In this document: in pieces, positions 48,008-57,217 of the stretch | Layout of the letters: each line of letters begins with the position of its first letter | Position numbering within the stretch: the first letter of the stretch is position 1 | Assembly: GCA_041690395.1 (NCBI GenBank) | Contig: JAWLHJ010000004.1 | Location: forward strand, 64,001-128,000 | Direction: 5' to 3' | Length of the DNA stretch: 64,000 nt | Source: Longimicrobiales bacterium | GTDB lineage: Bacteria; Gemmatimonadota; Gemmatimonadetes; Longimicrobiales; Gaopeijiaceae | Notes under the pieces: generated by a model | What the model was told of the DNA's origin: nothing | The model's database searches: none | What the model saw: only the letters and a program-made list of their open reading frames with translations | Position numbers and translations under genes: made by a program

Positions 48008-48859
48008 TCAGCGGAACGTCTCGAGGAACCTCGCCCGTGACTTGTGCCGGAGCCGGACGAGCGCCTTCTCCTTGATCTGGCGCACCCGCTCGCGCGTGAT
48101 GCCCAGCAGGTCCCCGATCTCCTCGAGCGTCATCGGGTCCTGGTCGTCGAGCCCGAAGTACAGGCGGAGGATCTTGGACTCGCGCTCCTTGAGGGAGGCG
48201 AGCGCCTCCTCGACCGTCTGCTTGAGCGCATGCTCGAAGACCTCCTCCTCCGGGCCGGGGCCGTACTGGTCCGGAAGGTAGTCCAGGAGGCGGCTGTCCT
48301 CGCCCGGGGCCATGGGTGCGTCGAGCGACAGGTGCGAGTGCGAGATCGCCAGGGTGCGCTCGACTTCCTCCTTCGAGATGTCCAGCCCCTCGGCGATCTC
48401 CTGCACCGTGGGCTCCCGACCGAGCTCCTGGAGCAGCGTGGAGGATTGGCGCCCGATCCGGTGAAGGGCTCCGGCGCGGTTGAGCGGCACACGCACGATC
48501 CGGCTCTGTTCGGCCAGGGCCTGGAGGATCGCCTGCCGGATCCACCAGACGGCATAGCTGATGAACTTGATGCCCTTGCTCTCGTCGAACTTGTGGGCCG
48601 CGCGAATCAGGCCGGTGTTCCCCTCGTTGATGAGGTCCGACAGCGGCACGCCCTGATTCTGGTATTTCTTCGCGACGGAAACGACGAATCGGAGGTTCGA
48701 GCGCACGAGCTTGTCGAGCGCCTCGCCCTCGCCCTTGCGGATGAGCTTCGCGAGGCGTGCCTCCTCGGCGCGGTCGATCAACGGGTACTGGCTGATCTCC
48801 TTGAGGTACTGGTCGAGCGACCCGTCCCTCGCCGTGCCCTTCCGGGGAGAGAAGCTCAT
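48008..48859 (-). CDS. RNA polymerase sigma70 factor, RpoD/SigA family lacking region 1.1
   Basis: r1.2 SLDQYLKEI, r2 NLRFVVSVAKKY...DLINEGN...KFISYAVWWIRQ, r4 TLEEIG...TRERVRQIKEKAL. Confidence 0.93.
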   Translation of the reverse strand: MSFSPRKGTARDGSLDQYLKEISQYPLIDRAEEARLAKLIRKGEGEALDKLVRSNLRFVVSVAKKYQNQGVPLSDLINEGNTGLIRAAHKFDESKGIKFISYAVWWIRQAILQALAEQSRIVRVPLNRAGALHRIGRQSSTLLQELGREPTVQEIAEGLDISKEEVERTLAISHSHLSLDAPMAPGEDSRLLDYLPDQYGPGPEEEVFEHALKQTVEEALASLKERESKILRLYFGLDDQDPMTLEEIGDLLGITRERVRQIKEKALVRLRHKSRARFLETFR

Positions 48860-48892
48860 GCGGTCACCGCTGCCTCGGGTATCGGACGGTCC

Positions 48893-49639
48893 TCAGTGGA
48901 TCGGCGCTCCCAGCCTGGTCCAGCGTATACTCTGAAGCCAGGCGAGTCTGGAATCCGTAACGGGCTCGAATGAATAGTACACCCGCCAGGGCTTTCCGCG
49001 AATCCGCTCGCGCGCCACGAAGCCCCAGTAGCGCGAGTCCTCGCTGTTGTCGCGGTTGTCCCCGAGCACGAAGTACCGCCCCACCGGCACCACGATGGGC
49101 CCCCAGTTGTCGCGGGTCGGCTCGTACCGGCTCCGGGTGTTGGCGATCAGGTGGTTCGACTGCCATCTCATGTCCGGGTGGACGGCGTCCCCCCTCCGAT
49201 CGACGTACCGGGCGTACGGCTCGTCGACGGGGTCGCCGTTCCGGAAGAGTCTCTTGTCCCGCATCTCGAGCGTGTCGAGCGGCATACCGACGATCCGCTT
49301 CACGTAGTTCTTCTCTGGCTCGTGGGGCGGGTGGAAGACGACCACGTCACCCCACTCCGGATCGGCGAAGCCGGGGATGCGGATACCGAGGCCGGGCACG
49401 GTGGTCCCGAAGATGGCCTTGTTGACCAGAAGGAAGTCGCCGACGAGGAGGGTCCCTTCCATCGATCCGGTCGGGATCTTGAAGGCCTCGACGACCGCGG
49501 CCCGGACGACCAGGAAAAGCACGAGCGCGACGACCACGGAGCGGAGCCAATCGACGATGCCTCGCGCGACCGCTGCCGACCTCGAGGTCGGTCCGCGACC
49601 CTGGGGGCCCACTTCAGACCCTGTCTCTGGTTCCCGCAT
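48893..49639 (-). CDS. lepB: Signal peptidase I
   Basis: IPTGSMEGTL.VGD, YVKRIVG, FVLGDNRDNSEDSRYWG. Confidence 0.94.
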   Translation of the reverse strand: MREPETGSEVGPQGRGPTSRSAAVARGIVDWLRSVVVALVLFLVVRAAVVEAFKIPTGSMEGTLLVGDFLLVNKAIFGTTVPGLGIRIPGFADPEWGDVVVFHPPHEPEKNYVKRIVGMPLDTLEMRDKRLFRNGDPVDEPYARYVDRRGDAVHPDMRWQSNHLIANTRSRYEPTRDNWGPIVVPVGRYFVLGDNRDNSEDSRYWGFVARERIRGKPWRVYYSFEPVTDSRLAWLQSIRWTRLGAPIH

Positions 49640-49751
49640 CGCTCCCCGCCGGACCGATGGTGGTGTGCGCCGACTGCTTTCGTCACTTCGGCATCGAATA
49701 TAGCCTGTACTGTCCACCTCGAGAGAAGGTCCCACCCGTCGCCCACGCACG

Positions 49752-50480
49752 ATGCGCTCCCGAACGACGATCGTCCTCCTGTGCGCCCTGCTGGTGGGGA
49801 TCGCGCTCACCCGGGCCCGTGATCCCGACGGTGGGCGCGTCGGCGCGGCGGGCCCCGTTTCGCCGTCACCGGCCGCCGCGTCGGGATCCGGGTCGGAGGC
49901 GGGCCCAGGCCCGCTCCCCTGCCCCACGGGAGGTTACCTGTGCGCGACCCCGAGCGAGCTCGGGGAGTTCCGGATCCGCCGCTGGACGAGGGACGTCGGA
50001 ACGCTCGTGATCCACGTGCCCGAGCCCGCGTCCGAGCCGCCGGCCCGGGCCCGGCTCCTCCAAAGCGCGGCCGCGGCCGGTGTGCGGGCCTGGAACGGAC
50101 ACCCCTACCCGGTCCGTGTGGATCTTCGCACGGCGGAGGAGGCGCATTTCTCGATTCGCTGGTCGACCGGGTTGGGTGGGCGCATCGTAGGCGCGGCACG
50201 AACCAGTTGGGCGCCGGGAGAAGGGCTGGCCGTTGCGACCATCGAGCTGGTGACGCGGAGCCCGTTCGACCCCGACCGCCCGGTCGAGCCGGAGCGCGTC
50301 CGACTGACGGCCGCGCACGAGATGGGCCACGCGCTCGGGCTACCCCACAGCGACTCCCCACGCGACGTGATGTATCCGGAGAACACCGCGGCGTCGTTGA
50401 GCGCGCGGGACTACCGGTCCATGGAGAGCCTGTACGCCCTCCCCGACGGGTCGATCCTGTCCATGCGTCCCGGAGGCTGA
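49752..50480 (+). CDS. Matrixin-family (M10) zinc metalloprotease, secreted or membrane-anchored
   Basis: N-terminal hydrophobic segment; HEMGHALGLPHS; Met-turn VMYP. Confidence 0.85.
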   Translation: MRSRTTIVLLCALLVGIALTRARDPDGGRVGAAGPVSPSPAAASGSGSEAGPGPLPCPTGGYLCATPSELGEFRIRRWTRDVGTLVIHVPEPASEPPARARLLQSAAAAGVRAWNGHPYPVRVDLRTAEEAHFSIRWSTGLGGRIVGAARTSWAPGEGLAVATIELVTRSPFDPDRPVEPERVRLTAAHEMGHALGLPHSDSPRDVMYPENTAASLSARDYRSMESLYALPDGSILSMRPGG

Positions 50481-50545
50481 GCCGAACTTCGCTCCGCGGC
50501 CGGCCGCTACCGGGCGGCGGCGGCGACGGGCGCTCGGGGACTCGC

Positions 50546-51907
50546 TCAGTCTTCCCGGACGAGCCCGTACTTCTCGATCTTCTTGTAGAGATTCGAGCGG
50601 GGCATATCGATCCGACGCGCGGTCTCGGCCACGTTCCAGTCGTTCTCCCGCAGCTTCTGGAGGATGAAGGCCCGCTCGGCCACATCCTTGAAGTCCTGGA
50701 ACGTGTCCGCCCCGAGGAGCCCGGCGCCCCATCCCCCGCCCTTGCCACGCCCCGGGGTCAGGAGGTCCACGTCCGCCGCGGCGACGACGTCCCCGGGCGC
50801 GAGGATCAGCAGCCGTTCGACCGCGTTGCGGAGCTCACGGACGTTCCCTTGCCACGTCAGCTCCTTGAGCCGCTCGACCGCCTCCGGCGCGAAGGCCCGG
50901 GGCGTCATGCCGTCGCGCTTCGCCATCAGCTCGGTGAAGTGCTCGACCAGCATGGGGATGTCCTCCCTTCGCTCGCGCAGCGGTGGGATGACGATCGGCA
51001 CCACGTTCAGCCGGTAGAACAGGTCCTCCCGGAAGCTCCCTTCCTCGATCTCTCGGGCGAGGTCCTTGTTCGTCGCCGCGATCACGCGCACGTCGACCTC
51101 GATGGCCTTCGAGCCCCCCACGCGCGTGATCACGCCCTGTTCGAGCGCGCGGAGCACCTTCGCCTGCGCGTCGAGCGACATGTCGCCGACCTCGTCCAGG
51201 AAGAGCGTCCCTCCGTCGGCCTGCTCGAACTTCCCGGCCTGGTCGGCAACCGCGCCAGTGAACGACCCCTTCACATGCCCGAAGAGCGCCGATTCGATGA
51301 GCTCGGTCGGGATGGCCGCGCAATTCACCTCCACGAAGGGGCGGTCAGCCCGACCCGACAACCGATGGACCGCCCTCGCCACGAGCTCTTTTCCGGTGCC
51401 GTTTTCCCCGGTCACGAGCACGCGGGCCTCGGTGGGCGCCACCCGCTCGACGCGCTCGAGCACTTGCTCGATGGCCCGCGAGGACCCCACGAGGCGGTAC
51501 CGGCTCTCCACCTGGTTGCGAAGGTCGGCCACGCTCTCCGTGAGCCCCTTCAGCTCGAGGGCACGCTTGAGCGTCACCAGCAGCCGGTCGGTGTCGAGCG
51601 GCTTCTCCAGGAAGTCGTAGGCCCCACTGCGGGTGGCCTGGACCGCCGTGTCGATGGTGCCATGCCCCGAGATCATCACGACGACCGCGCCCGGCTGCTC
51701 GTCCCGGATCCGAGACAGCGCCTCGAGGCCGTCCATTCCGGGCATCTTCACGTCGAGGAACGTCACGTCGGGCCGGAAGGTCCGGACCGCGTCGATCCCG
51801 TCCGGCGCGTCCTCGCACGCGAGGGTCTCGTGCCCCTCGTACTCGAACAGTTGGACCAGCGCGTCGCGGATCCCCTTCTCGTCGTCGACGACCAGCAGCC
51901 TCGCCAT
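50546..51907 (-). CDS. sigma54-dependent response regulator (NtrC/NtrX family)
   Basis: Receiver domain (VVDDE, LDVKMP), Walker A GENGTGKE, GSFTGA, FLDEVGD, FREDLFYRL, GNVREL, Fis-type HTH. Confidence 0.94.
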   Translation of the reverse strand: MARLLVVDDEKGIRDALVQLFEYEGHETLACEDAPDGIDAVRTFRPDVTFLDVKMPGMDGLEALSRIRDEQPGAVVVMISGHGTIDTAVQATRSGAYDFLEKPLDTDRLLVTLKRALELKGLTESVADLRNQVESRYRLVGSSRAIEQVLERVERVAPTEARVLVTGENGTGKELVARAVHRLSGRADRPFVEVNCAAIPTELIESALFGHVKGSFTGAVADQAGKFEQADGGTLFLDEVGDMSLDAQAKVLRALEQGVITRVGGSKAIEVDVRVIAATNKDLAREIEEGSFREDLFYRLNVVPIVIPPLRERREDIPMLVEHFTELMAKRDGMTPRAFAPEAVERLKELTWQGNVRELRNAVERLLILAPGDVVAAADVDLLTPGRGKGGGWGAGLLGADTFQDFKDVAERAFILQKLRENDWNVAETARRIDMPRSNLYKKIEKYGLVRED

Positions 51908-52467
51908 CAGCCGGTCAGCCGGACGCTGGAGACGATCTCGTAGCTCGCGCCTTCCCGGGAGAGGCGGCTGTGCATGAGGTCGACCGTGTGCACGCGGATC
52001 TCTCCGGAGAAGTCCATCTCGGCGACCATGTCGTCCAGCCCTCTGAACGCGCCCGCGCCTCCCGCCTCGTCGGCCCGACCCAGCGTCACGTGCGGATGGA
52101 ACGCCCGCGTCTCCGAATCGAAGCCGACGTCACCCAGCGCCCACTCCAGGTCCTGCTTCAGGCAACGGAGCTCGGGGTTCGCCCCCACACCCAACCAAAC
52201 GACCCGCGGGCGGCGCACGGTCGGAAAAGCGCCGAAACCCCCGAGGTCCGTCGTGAACGGGCGGTTCGCCTCCGCGGCCTTGGCCATCGCCTCCTCGATC
52301 TTCGGGATGGAGTCCTTTCTGACCTGGCCCAGGAACTTCAGCGTCACGTGATAGTGCTCGGGGTCGATCCACTTCACCGGCATGTCGGTCTCGCGGAACA
52401 CACGGGACGCCCGATGGATCCGGGTTCGTTCCTTCTTCGGTAGGTTGAGCGCGATGAACAGCCGCAT
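51907..52467 (-). CDS. thpR: RNA 2',3'-cyclic phosphodiesterase
   Basis: MRLFIAL, two HxT motifs (HVTLKFLG, PHVTLGR), PRVVWLG. Confidence 0.92.
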   Translation of the reverse strand: MRLFIALNLPKKERTRIHRASRVFRETDMPVKWIDPEHYHVTLKFLGQVRKDSIPKIEEAMAKAAEANRPFTTDLGGFGAFPTVRRPRVVWLGVGANPELRCLKQDLEWALGDVGFDSETRAFHPHVTLGRADEAGGAGAFRGLDDMVAEMDFSGEIRVHTVDLMHSRLSREGASYEIVSSVRLTG

Positions 52468-52605
52468 GATCTCTCGGATGGGGGCACGATTACTGCGCCC
52501 TGATACCGGCGGAGCCCTAGGAAGTTCGCCGCCCCCCGCAGGGAGCACGCCAACCACGCAGAGCCAGGTGCCTCGTGGACCTCACCAGTAGCCACACGAT
52601 GGGGC

Positions 52606-54147
52606 TCAGGAGATCGCGCCCGGACGCTCCGTCGCCCGGTATTGGAGGGCCTCGGCGGCGTGCTGCACCGTGACCTCCTCCGACTCCCCGAGATCGGCGA
52701 TCGTGCGCGCGACTCGGAGCACACGATGATACCCTCGGGCCGAGAGCCCGAGACGTTCGGCCGCCTCGGCCATGAGCCGCTCGACGGCGGGTTCGGCGTC
52801 GATCAGGCTCCGGAGAAGGGTGACGTCGAGCTGGCCGTTGGCGTGGACCCCGCTAACCGTCGCCAACCGCTCACGCTGCCGCATCCGCGCTGCGAGCACG
52901 CGCGCGCGCGCCACCCGGCTGGGGGTGCCCGTTCCCCGACGCCCGAGAGCTGAGGGCGCGACCGCAGGGACCCGCACGTGGAGATCGATCCGGTCCATGA
53001 TCGGGCCGCTCACCCTGCCCTGGTAACGGGCGACCGAAGCGTCGTCGCAGAGGCATCGGTCGCTCCCGTCCCCGCGATGGCCGCACGGGCACGGGTTCAT
53101 GGCCGCCACCATGAGGAAGCGGGCCGGGAAGCAGAGCGACGCACGGACGCGCGAGAGCCGCACCCGCCCTTCCTCCAGCGGTTGCCGGAGGATCTCCAGG
53201 GCCCCGCGCCGGAACTCCGGGAGCTCGTCCAGAAACAACACGCCTCGGTGCGCGAGGGAGATCTCGCCGGGTCGGAGCGGCGTGCCGCCTCCGACGAGAC
53301 CAGCCTCGGTCACCGTGTGGTGGGGAGCGCGGAACGGAGGTCGGACGACGAGCGGACGGTCTGGGGCGACCAGACCCGCGACCGAGTGGACGCGCGTGCA
53401 CTCCAACGCCTCGTCGAGCGAGAGCGGAGGTAGGATCCCCGGAAGCCGGAGCGCCAGCATCGTCTTGCCCGAGCCGGGAGGGCCGACCAGGAGCAGGTTG
53501 TGAGCGCCAGCGGCCGCGATCTCGAGGGCCCGCTTGGCCATCTCCTGGCCGCGGACGTCGGCCAGGTCGGGCCCGGTCGCCACGTCCCCGGACAGCATCC
53601 CGAGCGGGTCGACCCGGGTGGTATCGATGGGACGAGTTCCCCGAAGGTGCTCGACAACCGCCGACAAAGAGGACGCGCCCACCACGTCGAGGCTGGCGAC
53701 CAGCGCGGCTTCGGCCGCGTTCGCCTCGGGCACCACGATCACGTCGGCCCGGCCTCGCGTGCTCAGCTCTGCCGCTACCGGTAGCACGCCCGGTACCGGC
53801 CTCAAGGATCCGTCCAGCCCGAGCTCGCCGAGGAGCGCCACTCGGACGAGTGCCTCCGGCGGGACGGCCCCGGCCGCGGCGAGGAGGCCGACCGCGATCG
53901 GAAGATCGAACGCGGTCCCCTCCTTGCGGACGTCGCCCGGGGCCAGGTTGACCGTAATCCTCCGGTTGGGGAGTTCGAAGCCCGAGTTCCGGAGGGCCGT
54001 GGCGACGCGCTCCCGGCTCTCTCGCACCGCACCGTACGGGAGTCCGACCACGGTGAACGCGGGGAGCCCCGACGCGAGGTTGACCTCGACGCGCACGAAG
54101 ACCGGCTCCACGCCGTGCACGGTTCCGCTGATGACCTGTGCGAGCAT
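52606..54147 (-). CDS. comM: YifB/ComM Mg-chelatase-like AAA+ ATPase
   Basis: VGLP..AVRESRERV, ITVNLAP, GPPGSGKT, PFRAPHHT, PGEISLAHRGVLFLDE, AMNPCPCG, SGPIMDRID. The ORF-track extension to 55851 is antisense to pnt. Confidence 0.92.
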   Translation of the reverse strand: MLAQVISGTVHGVEPVFVRVEVNLASGLPAFTVVGLPYGAVRESRERVATALRNSGFELPNRRITVNLAPGDVRKEGTAFDLPIAVGLLAAAGAVPPEALVRVALLGELGLDGSLRPVPGVLPVAAELSTRGRADVIVVPEANAAEAALVASLDVVGASSLSAVVEHLRGTRPIDTTRVDPLGMLSGDVATGPDLADVRGQEMAKRALEIAAAGAHNLLLVGPPGSGKTMLALRLPGILPPLSLDEALECTRVHSVAGLVAPDRPLVVRPPFRAPHHTVTEAGLVGGGTPLRPGEISLAHRGVLFLDELPEFRRGALEILRQPLEEGRVRLSRVRASLCFPARFLMVAAMNPCPCGHRGDGSDRCLCDDASVARYQGRVSGPIMDRIDLHVRVPAVAPSALGRRGTGTPSRVARARVLAARMRQRERLATVSGVHANGQLDVTLLRSLIDAEPAVERLMAEAAERLGLSARGYHRVLRVARTIADLGESEEVTVQHAAEALQYRATERPGAIS

Positions 54148-54221
54148 GGCCCAACGATGCGCGACGGGTCGGGGCGCTCGAATGACTCGATGGGACGGGT
54201 CAGCTGGCGCGCGTACCCAAC

Positions 54222-54250
54222 TTGTGTCATGTGGCCGGGGCCCGTACCAT
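54222..54250 (+). promoter_or_regulatory. Putative sigma70 promoter of pnt operon
   Basis: TTGTGT-N17-TACCAT, about 90 nt upstream of the pntAA start. Confidence 0.5.
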
Positions 54251-54339
54251 GGTCGCGCCCGGCAGGGGGCACGCGCTCCGCTGGCCACGCGCGGCCCACT
54301 CAGCCTGGTGTCTGCTCCCCAGCAACACGGAGTGCGCGC

Positions 54340-55491
54340 ATGAAGGTCGCCGTTCTGAAGGAGACGCGTCCTGGAGAGCGCAGGGTCGCGCTCGTCCCCC
54401 AGGGAGTGCAGGAGCTCACCAAGGCCGGGTTCACGGTCTCCGTCGAGTCGGGGGCGGGCGAGCAGGCCGGCGTGCCCGACGACCTCTACGTGGATGCCGG
54501 CGCACGCGTGACGGGCTCCGCCGCGGAAGCGCTCGAGGGCGCGACCGTGGTCCTCGGCGTGAATCCCCCGTCTCCGCCCGCCCCCGACCAGATCGGCCAG
54601 CTTCCCGAGAGCGCGATTCTGATCTCGTTCCTGAGCCCGCTGACCCGTCCCGACGTGGTCCAGGGGCTGGTGAGCGCCGGAATCACGGGGATCTCGATGG
54701 AGATGGTGCCGCGCATCACACGCGCCCAGTCCATGGACGCGCTGTCGTCCCAGGCGACGGTCGCCGGGTACAAGGCCGTACTCCTGGCCGCCAGCCACCT
54801 TCCGAAGTTCCTGCCGATGTTCACGACCGCGGCCGGGACCATCCGACCGGGCAAGGTGCTGGTGCTCGGCGCCGGCGTGGCGGGCCTTCAGGCGATCGCA
54901 ACGGCGCGCAGACTCGGCGCCGTCGTCGAGGCGTTCGACGTGCGCCCCGCCGTGAAAGAGCAGGTCCAGAGCCTCGGGGCGCGCTTCCTCGAGGCGGAGG
55001 AAGAAGTCGCGGCCGAAGGCGAGGGCGGATACGCGAAGGAGCTTTCGGAGGAGCAGCACGAGAAGGAGCTGGCGCTCATCGCGGGTGCGGTCCCGGAAGC
55101 CGACATCGTCATCACGACGGCCCAGATTCCGGGGCGTGAGGCGCCCGTGCTCCTCACGGAAGAGATGATCCGCAGCATGCGTCCGGGCTCCATCGTCGTC
55201 GATCTGGCGGCCGAGTCGGGCGGCAACTGCGTGTTGACGGTGGCGGACGAAACGGTCGTCCACCACGGCGTCACCATCATGGGCCCGGTCAACCTCCCGG
55301 CCGAGATCCCGGTCCACGCGAGCCAGATGTACTCCAAGAACGTCGTGACCCTGCTCCGCGAGCTGCTCGACGACGAGGGCGGGCTCCGGCTGGACTTCGA
55401 CAACGACGTCATCGGGCCCGCGACGGTCACGCACGCGGGCGAGATCCGGAACGAGCGCGTGAAGGCCGGCATGGCGGGCGCGACGACCTGA
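54340..55491 (+). CDS. pntAA: NAD(P) transhydrogenase alpha subunit part 1 (dI)
   Basis: ERRVAL, PRITRAQSMDALSS, GAGVAGL, GGYAKE, DLAAESGGNC, ASQMY. Confidence 0.94.
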   Translation: MKVAVLKETRPGERRVALVPQGVQELTKAGFTVSVESGAGEQAGVPDDLYVDAGARVTGSAAEALEGATVVLGVNPPSPPAPDQIGQLPESAILISFLSPLTRPDVVQGLVSAGITGISMEMVPRITRAQSMDALSSQATVAGYKAVLLAASHLPKFLPMFTTAAGTIRPGKVLVLGAGVAGLQAIATARRLGAVVEAFDVRPAVKEQVQSLGARFLEAEEEVAAEGEGGYAKELSEEQHEKELALIAGAVPEADIVITTAQIPGREAPVLLTEEMIRSMRPGSIVVDLAAESGGNCVLTVADETVVHHGVTIMGPVNLPAEIPVHASQMYSKNVVTLLRELLDDEGGLRLDFDNDVIGPATVTHAGEIRNERVKAGMAGATT

Positions 55492-55539
55492 GACCAGGCC
55501 GTCCTTGAAGGAACGTCCCACACGAGGAAGGAGCAGCGC

Positions 55540-55818
55540 ATGGGTGAGTTGATGATCGGTCTGTACGTGTTCGTGCTGGCGACCCTGGCGGGACGGGAGG
55601 TCATCACGAAGGTCCCGCCGACGCTCCATACACCGCTCATGTCCGGCGCCAACGCGATCTCCGGCATCGCCATCGTGGGCGCCATCGTCGTGGCTTCGTC
55701 GGCCGAGGGCACCGCGCGTACGGTGCTCGGAGTCCTCGCGATCGCGATGGCCACGATCAACGTCGTCGGGGGATTCCTCGTGACCGACCGCATGCTCAGC
55801 ATGTTCCGGAAGAGGTGA
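55540..55818 (+). CDS. pntAB: NAD(P) transhydrogenase alpha subunit part 2 (membrane)
   Basis: VPPTLHTPLMSGANAISG, INVVGGFLVTDRMLSMF. Confidence 0.94.
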   Translation: MGELMIGLYVFVLATLAGREVITKVPPTLHTPLMSGANAISGIAIVGAIVVASSAEGTARTVLGVLAIAMATINVVGGFLVTDRMLSMFRKR

Positions 55819-55822
55819 GCCG

Positions 55823-57211
55823 ATGAACACCCACATCCTGGTCGAGCTCACCTACCTCCTGTCGGCGATCCTCTTCGTCGTCGGGCTCAAGAAGCTCCAG
55901 TCACCGGCGACCGCCCGGCGCGGCAATGCGCTGGCCGCCCTGGCGATGCTCCTCGCGATCGTCGCGACCATCGTCGACACCGAGATCCTGTCCTGGACAG
56001 GCATTCTGATCGGCATGGCCATCGGAGGCACCATCGGCGGGGTGGCGGCGCGTACCGTGCAGATGACCTCGATGCCGCAGCTCGTCGGCATCCTGAACGG
56101 CTCCGGGGGCGGGGCCTCCGCGGTCGTGGCCGTCGCGGAGTTCATGGGGAATCCGGCGGTCGGGGTCGGCACCACCGGCGTCACGATCCTGCTCGGGACG
56201 CTCATCGGCGGCGTCACGCTGACGGGCTCCTTCATCGCGTTCGCGAAGCTCCAGGAGCTCATGACGGGCAACCCCATCGTCTTCCCGGGGCAGCAGCTGC
56301 TCAACGCGCTCCTGGCCGTGGGCGCCCTCGCGCTCGGCTGGCTCGCTCTCACCGGGGGCGGCGGCCAGGATCCGCTGTTCTGGTTCTACGTCTTCTGCGG
56401 CGTATCGGCCCTTCTCGGCGTGCTTCTCGTCATCCCAATCGGGGGCGCGGACATGCCGGTCGTCATCTCGCTCCTGAATTCGTACTCCGGTCTCGCCGCG
56501 AGCGCCGCCGGGTTCGTCATCGGCAACATGGTGCTCATCATCTCCGGGGCGCTGGTCGGGGCGTCCGGGCTGATCCTCACGCAGCTGATGTGCAAGGGGA
56601 TGAACCGGTCGCTCGCGAACGTCGCCTTCGGCGGGTTCGGAGGCGGAGCCGGTGTGGACAAGGCCCAGATCGGCAAGCGGCCGGTCAAGAGCGCCGACGC
56701 CGAGATGGTGGCGGCCGAGCTCGGGTACGTGAACTCCGTCGTGATCGTGCCCGGATACGGGCTGGCCGTGGCCCAGGCCCAGCACGAGCTCCGGAAGGTG
56801 GGCGATCTCCTCCAGGAGCGCGGTGTCGACGTGAAGTACGCCATCCATCCGGTCGCGGGCCGGATGCCGGGCCACATGAACGTGCTTCTGGCCGAGGCCG
56901 ACGTGAGCTACGACAAGCTCTTCGACCTCGACGAGATCAACGCCGACTTCGGCACGACGGATGCGGTGCTCATCGTGGGCGCGAACGACGTCGTGAATCC
57001 CGCGGCACGCGATCCGGGCTCGATCATCGCCGGGATGCCGATCCTCGACGTCGACAAGGCCAGGCGGGTCATCGTCATGAAACGGAGCCTGTCTCCGGGC
57101 TTCGCGGGCATCGACAACGACCTCTTCTACATGGACAACACGCTCATGTTCTTCGGCGACGCCAAGGCGTCCATGGCCGACCTGGTGCGCGGCGTGCGCG
57201 AGCTGGGGTAG
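55823..57211 (+). CDS. pntB: NAD(P) transhydrogenase beta subunit
   Basis: IGGADMPVVISLLNSYSG, PGYGLAVAQAQ, HPVAGRMPGHMNVLLAEA, GANDVVNP. Confidence 0.96.
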   Translation: MNTHILVELTYLLSAILFVVGLKKLQSPATARRGNALAALAMLLAIVATIVDTEILSWTGILIGMAIGGTIGGVAARTVQMTSMPQLVGILNGSGGGASAVVAVAEFMGNPAVGVGTTGVTILLGTLIGGVTLTGSFIAFAKLQELMTGNPIVFPGQQLLNALLAVGALALGWLALTGGGGQDPLFWFYVFCGVSALLGVLLVIPIGGADMPVVISLLNSYSGLAASAAGFVIGNMVLIISGALVGASGLILTQLMCKGMNRSLANVAFGGFGGGAGVDKAQIGKRPVKSADAEMVAAELGYVNSVVIVPGYGLAVAQAQHELRKVGDLLQERGVDVKYAIHPVAGRMPGHMNVLLAEADVSYDKLFDLDEINADFGTTDAVLIVGANDVVNPAARDPGSIIAGMPILDVDKARRVIVMKRSLSPGFAGIDNDLFYMDNTLMFFGDAKASMADLVRGVRELG

Positions 57212-57217
57212 AGCGAG

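Noticed and set aside
54221..54240. Possible Rex operator (TTGTG...) before transhydrogenase
   Set aside because: The second half-site (TTCACAA) is absent; TTGTGT fits better as a -35 box 17 nt from TACCAT.
54340..55818. Split pntA as frameshift
   Set aside because: Three-subunit transhydrogenases are known (Rhodospirillum rubrum, Thermus); pntAB has its own SD (AAGGAG) and ATG.
52606..55851. 1081-aa 'giant ComM'
   Set aside because: The first ~568 aa are the antisense of pntAA/pntAB plus the intergenic region; ComM begins at MLAQV (54147).
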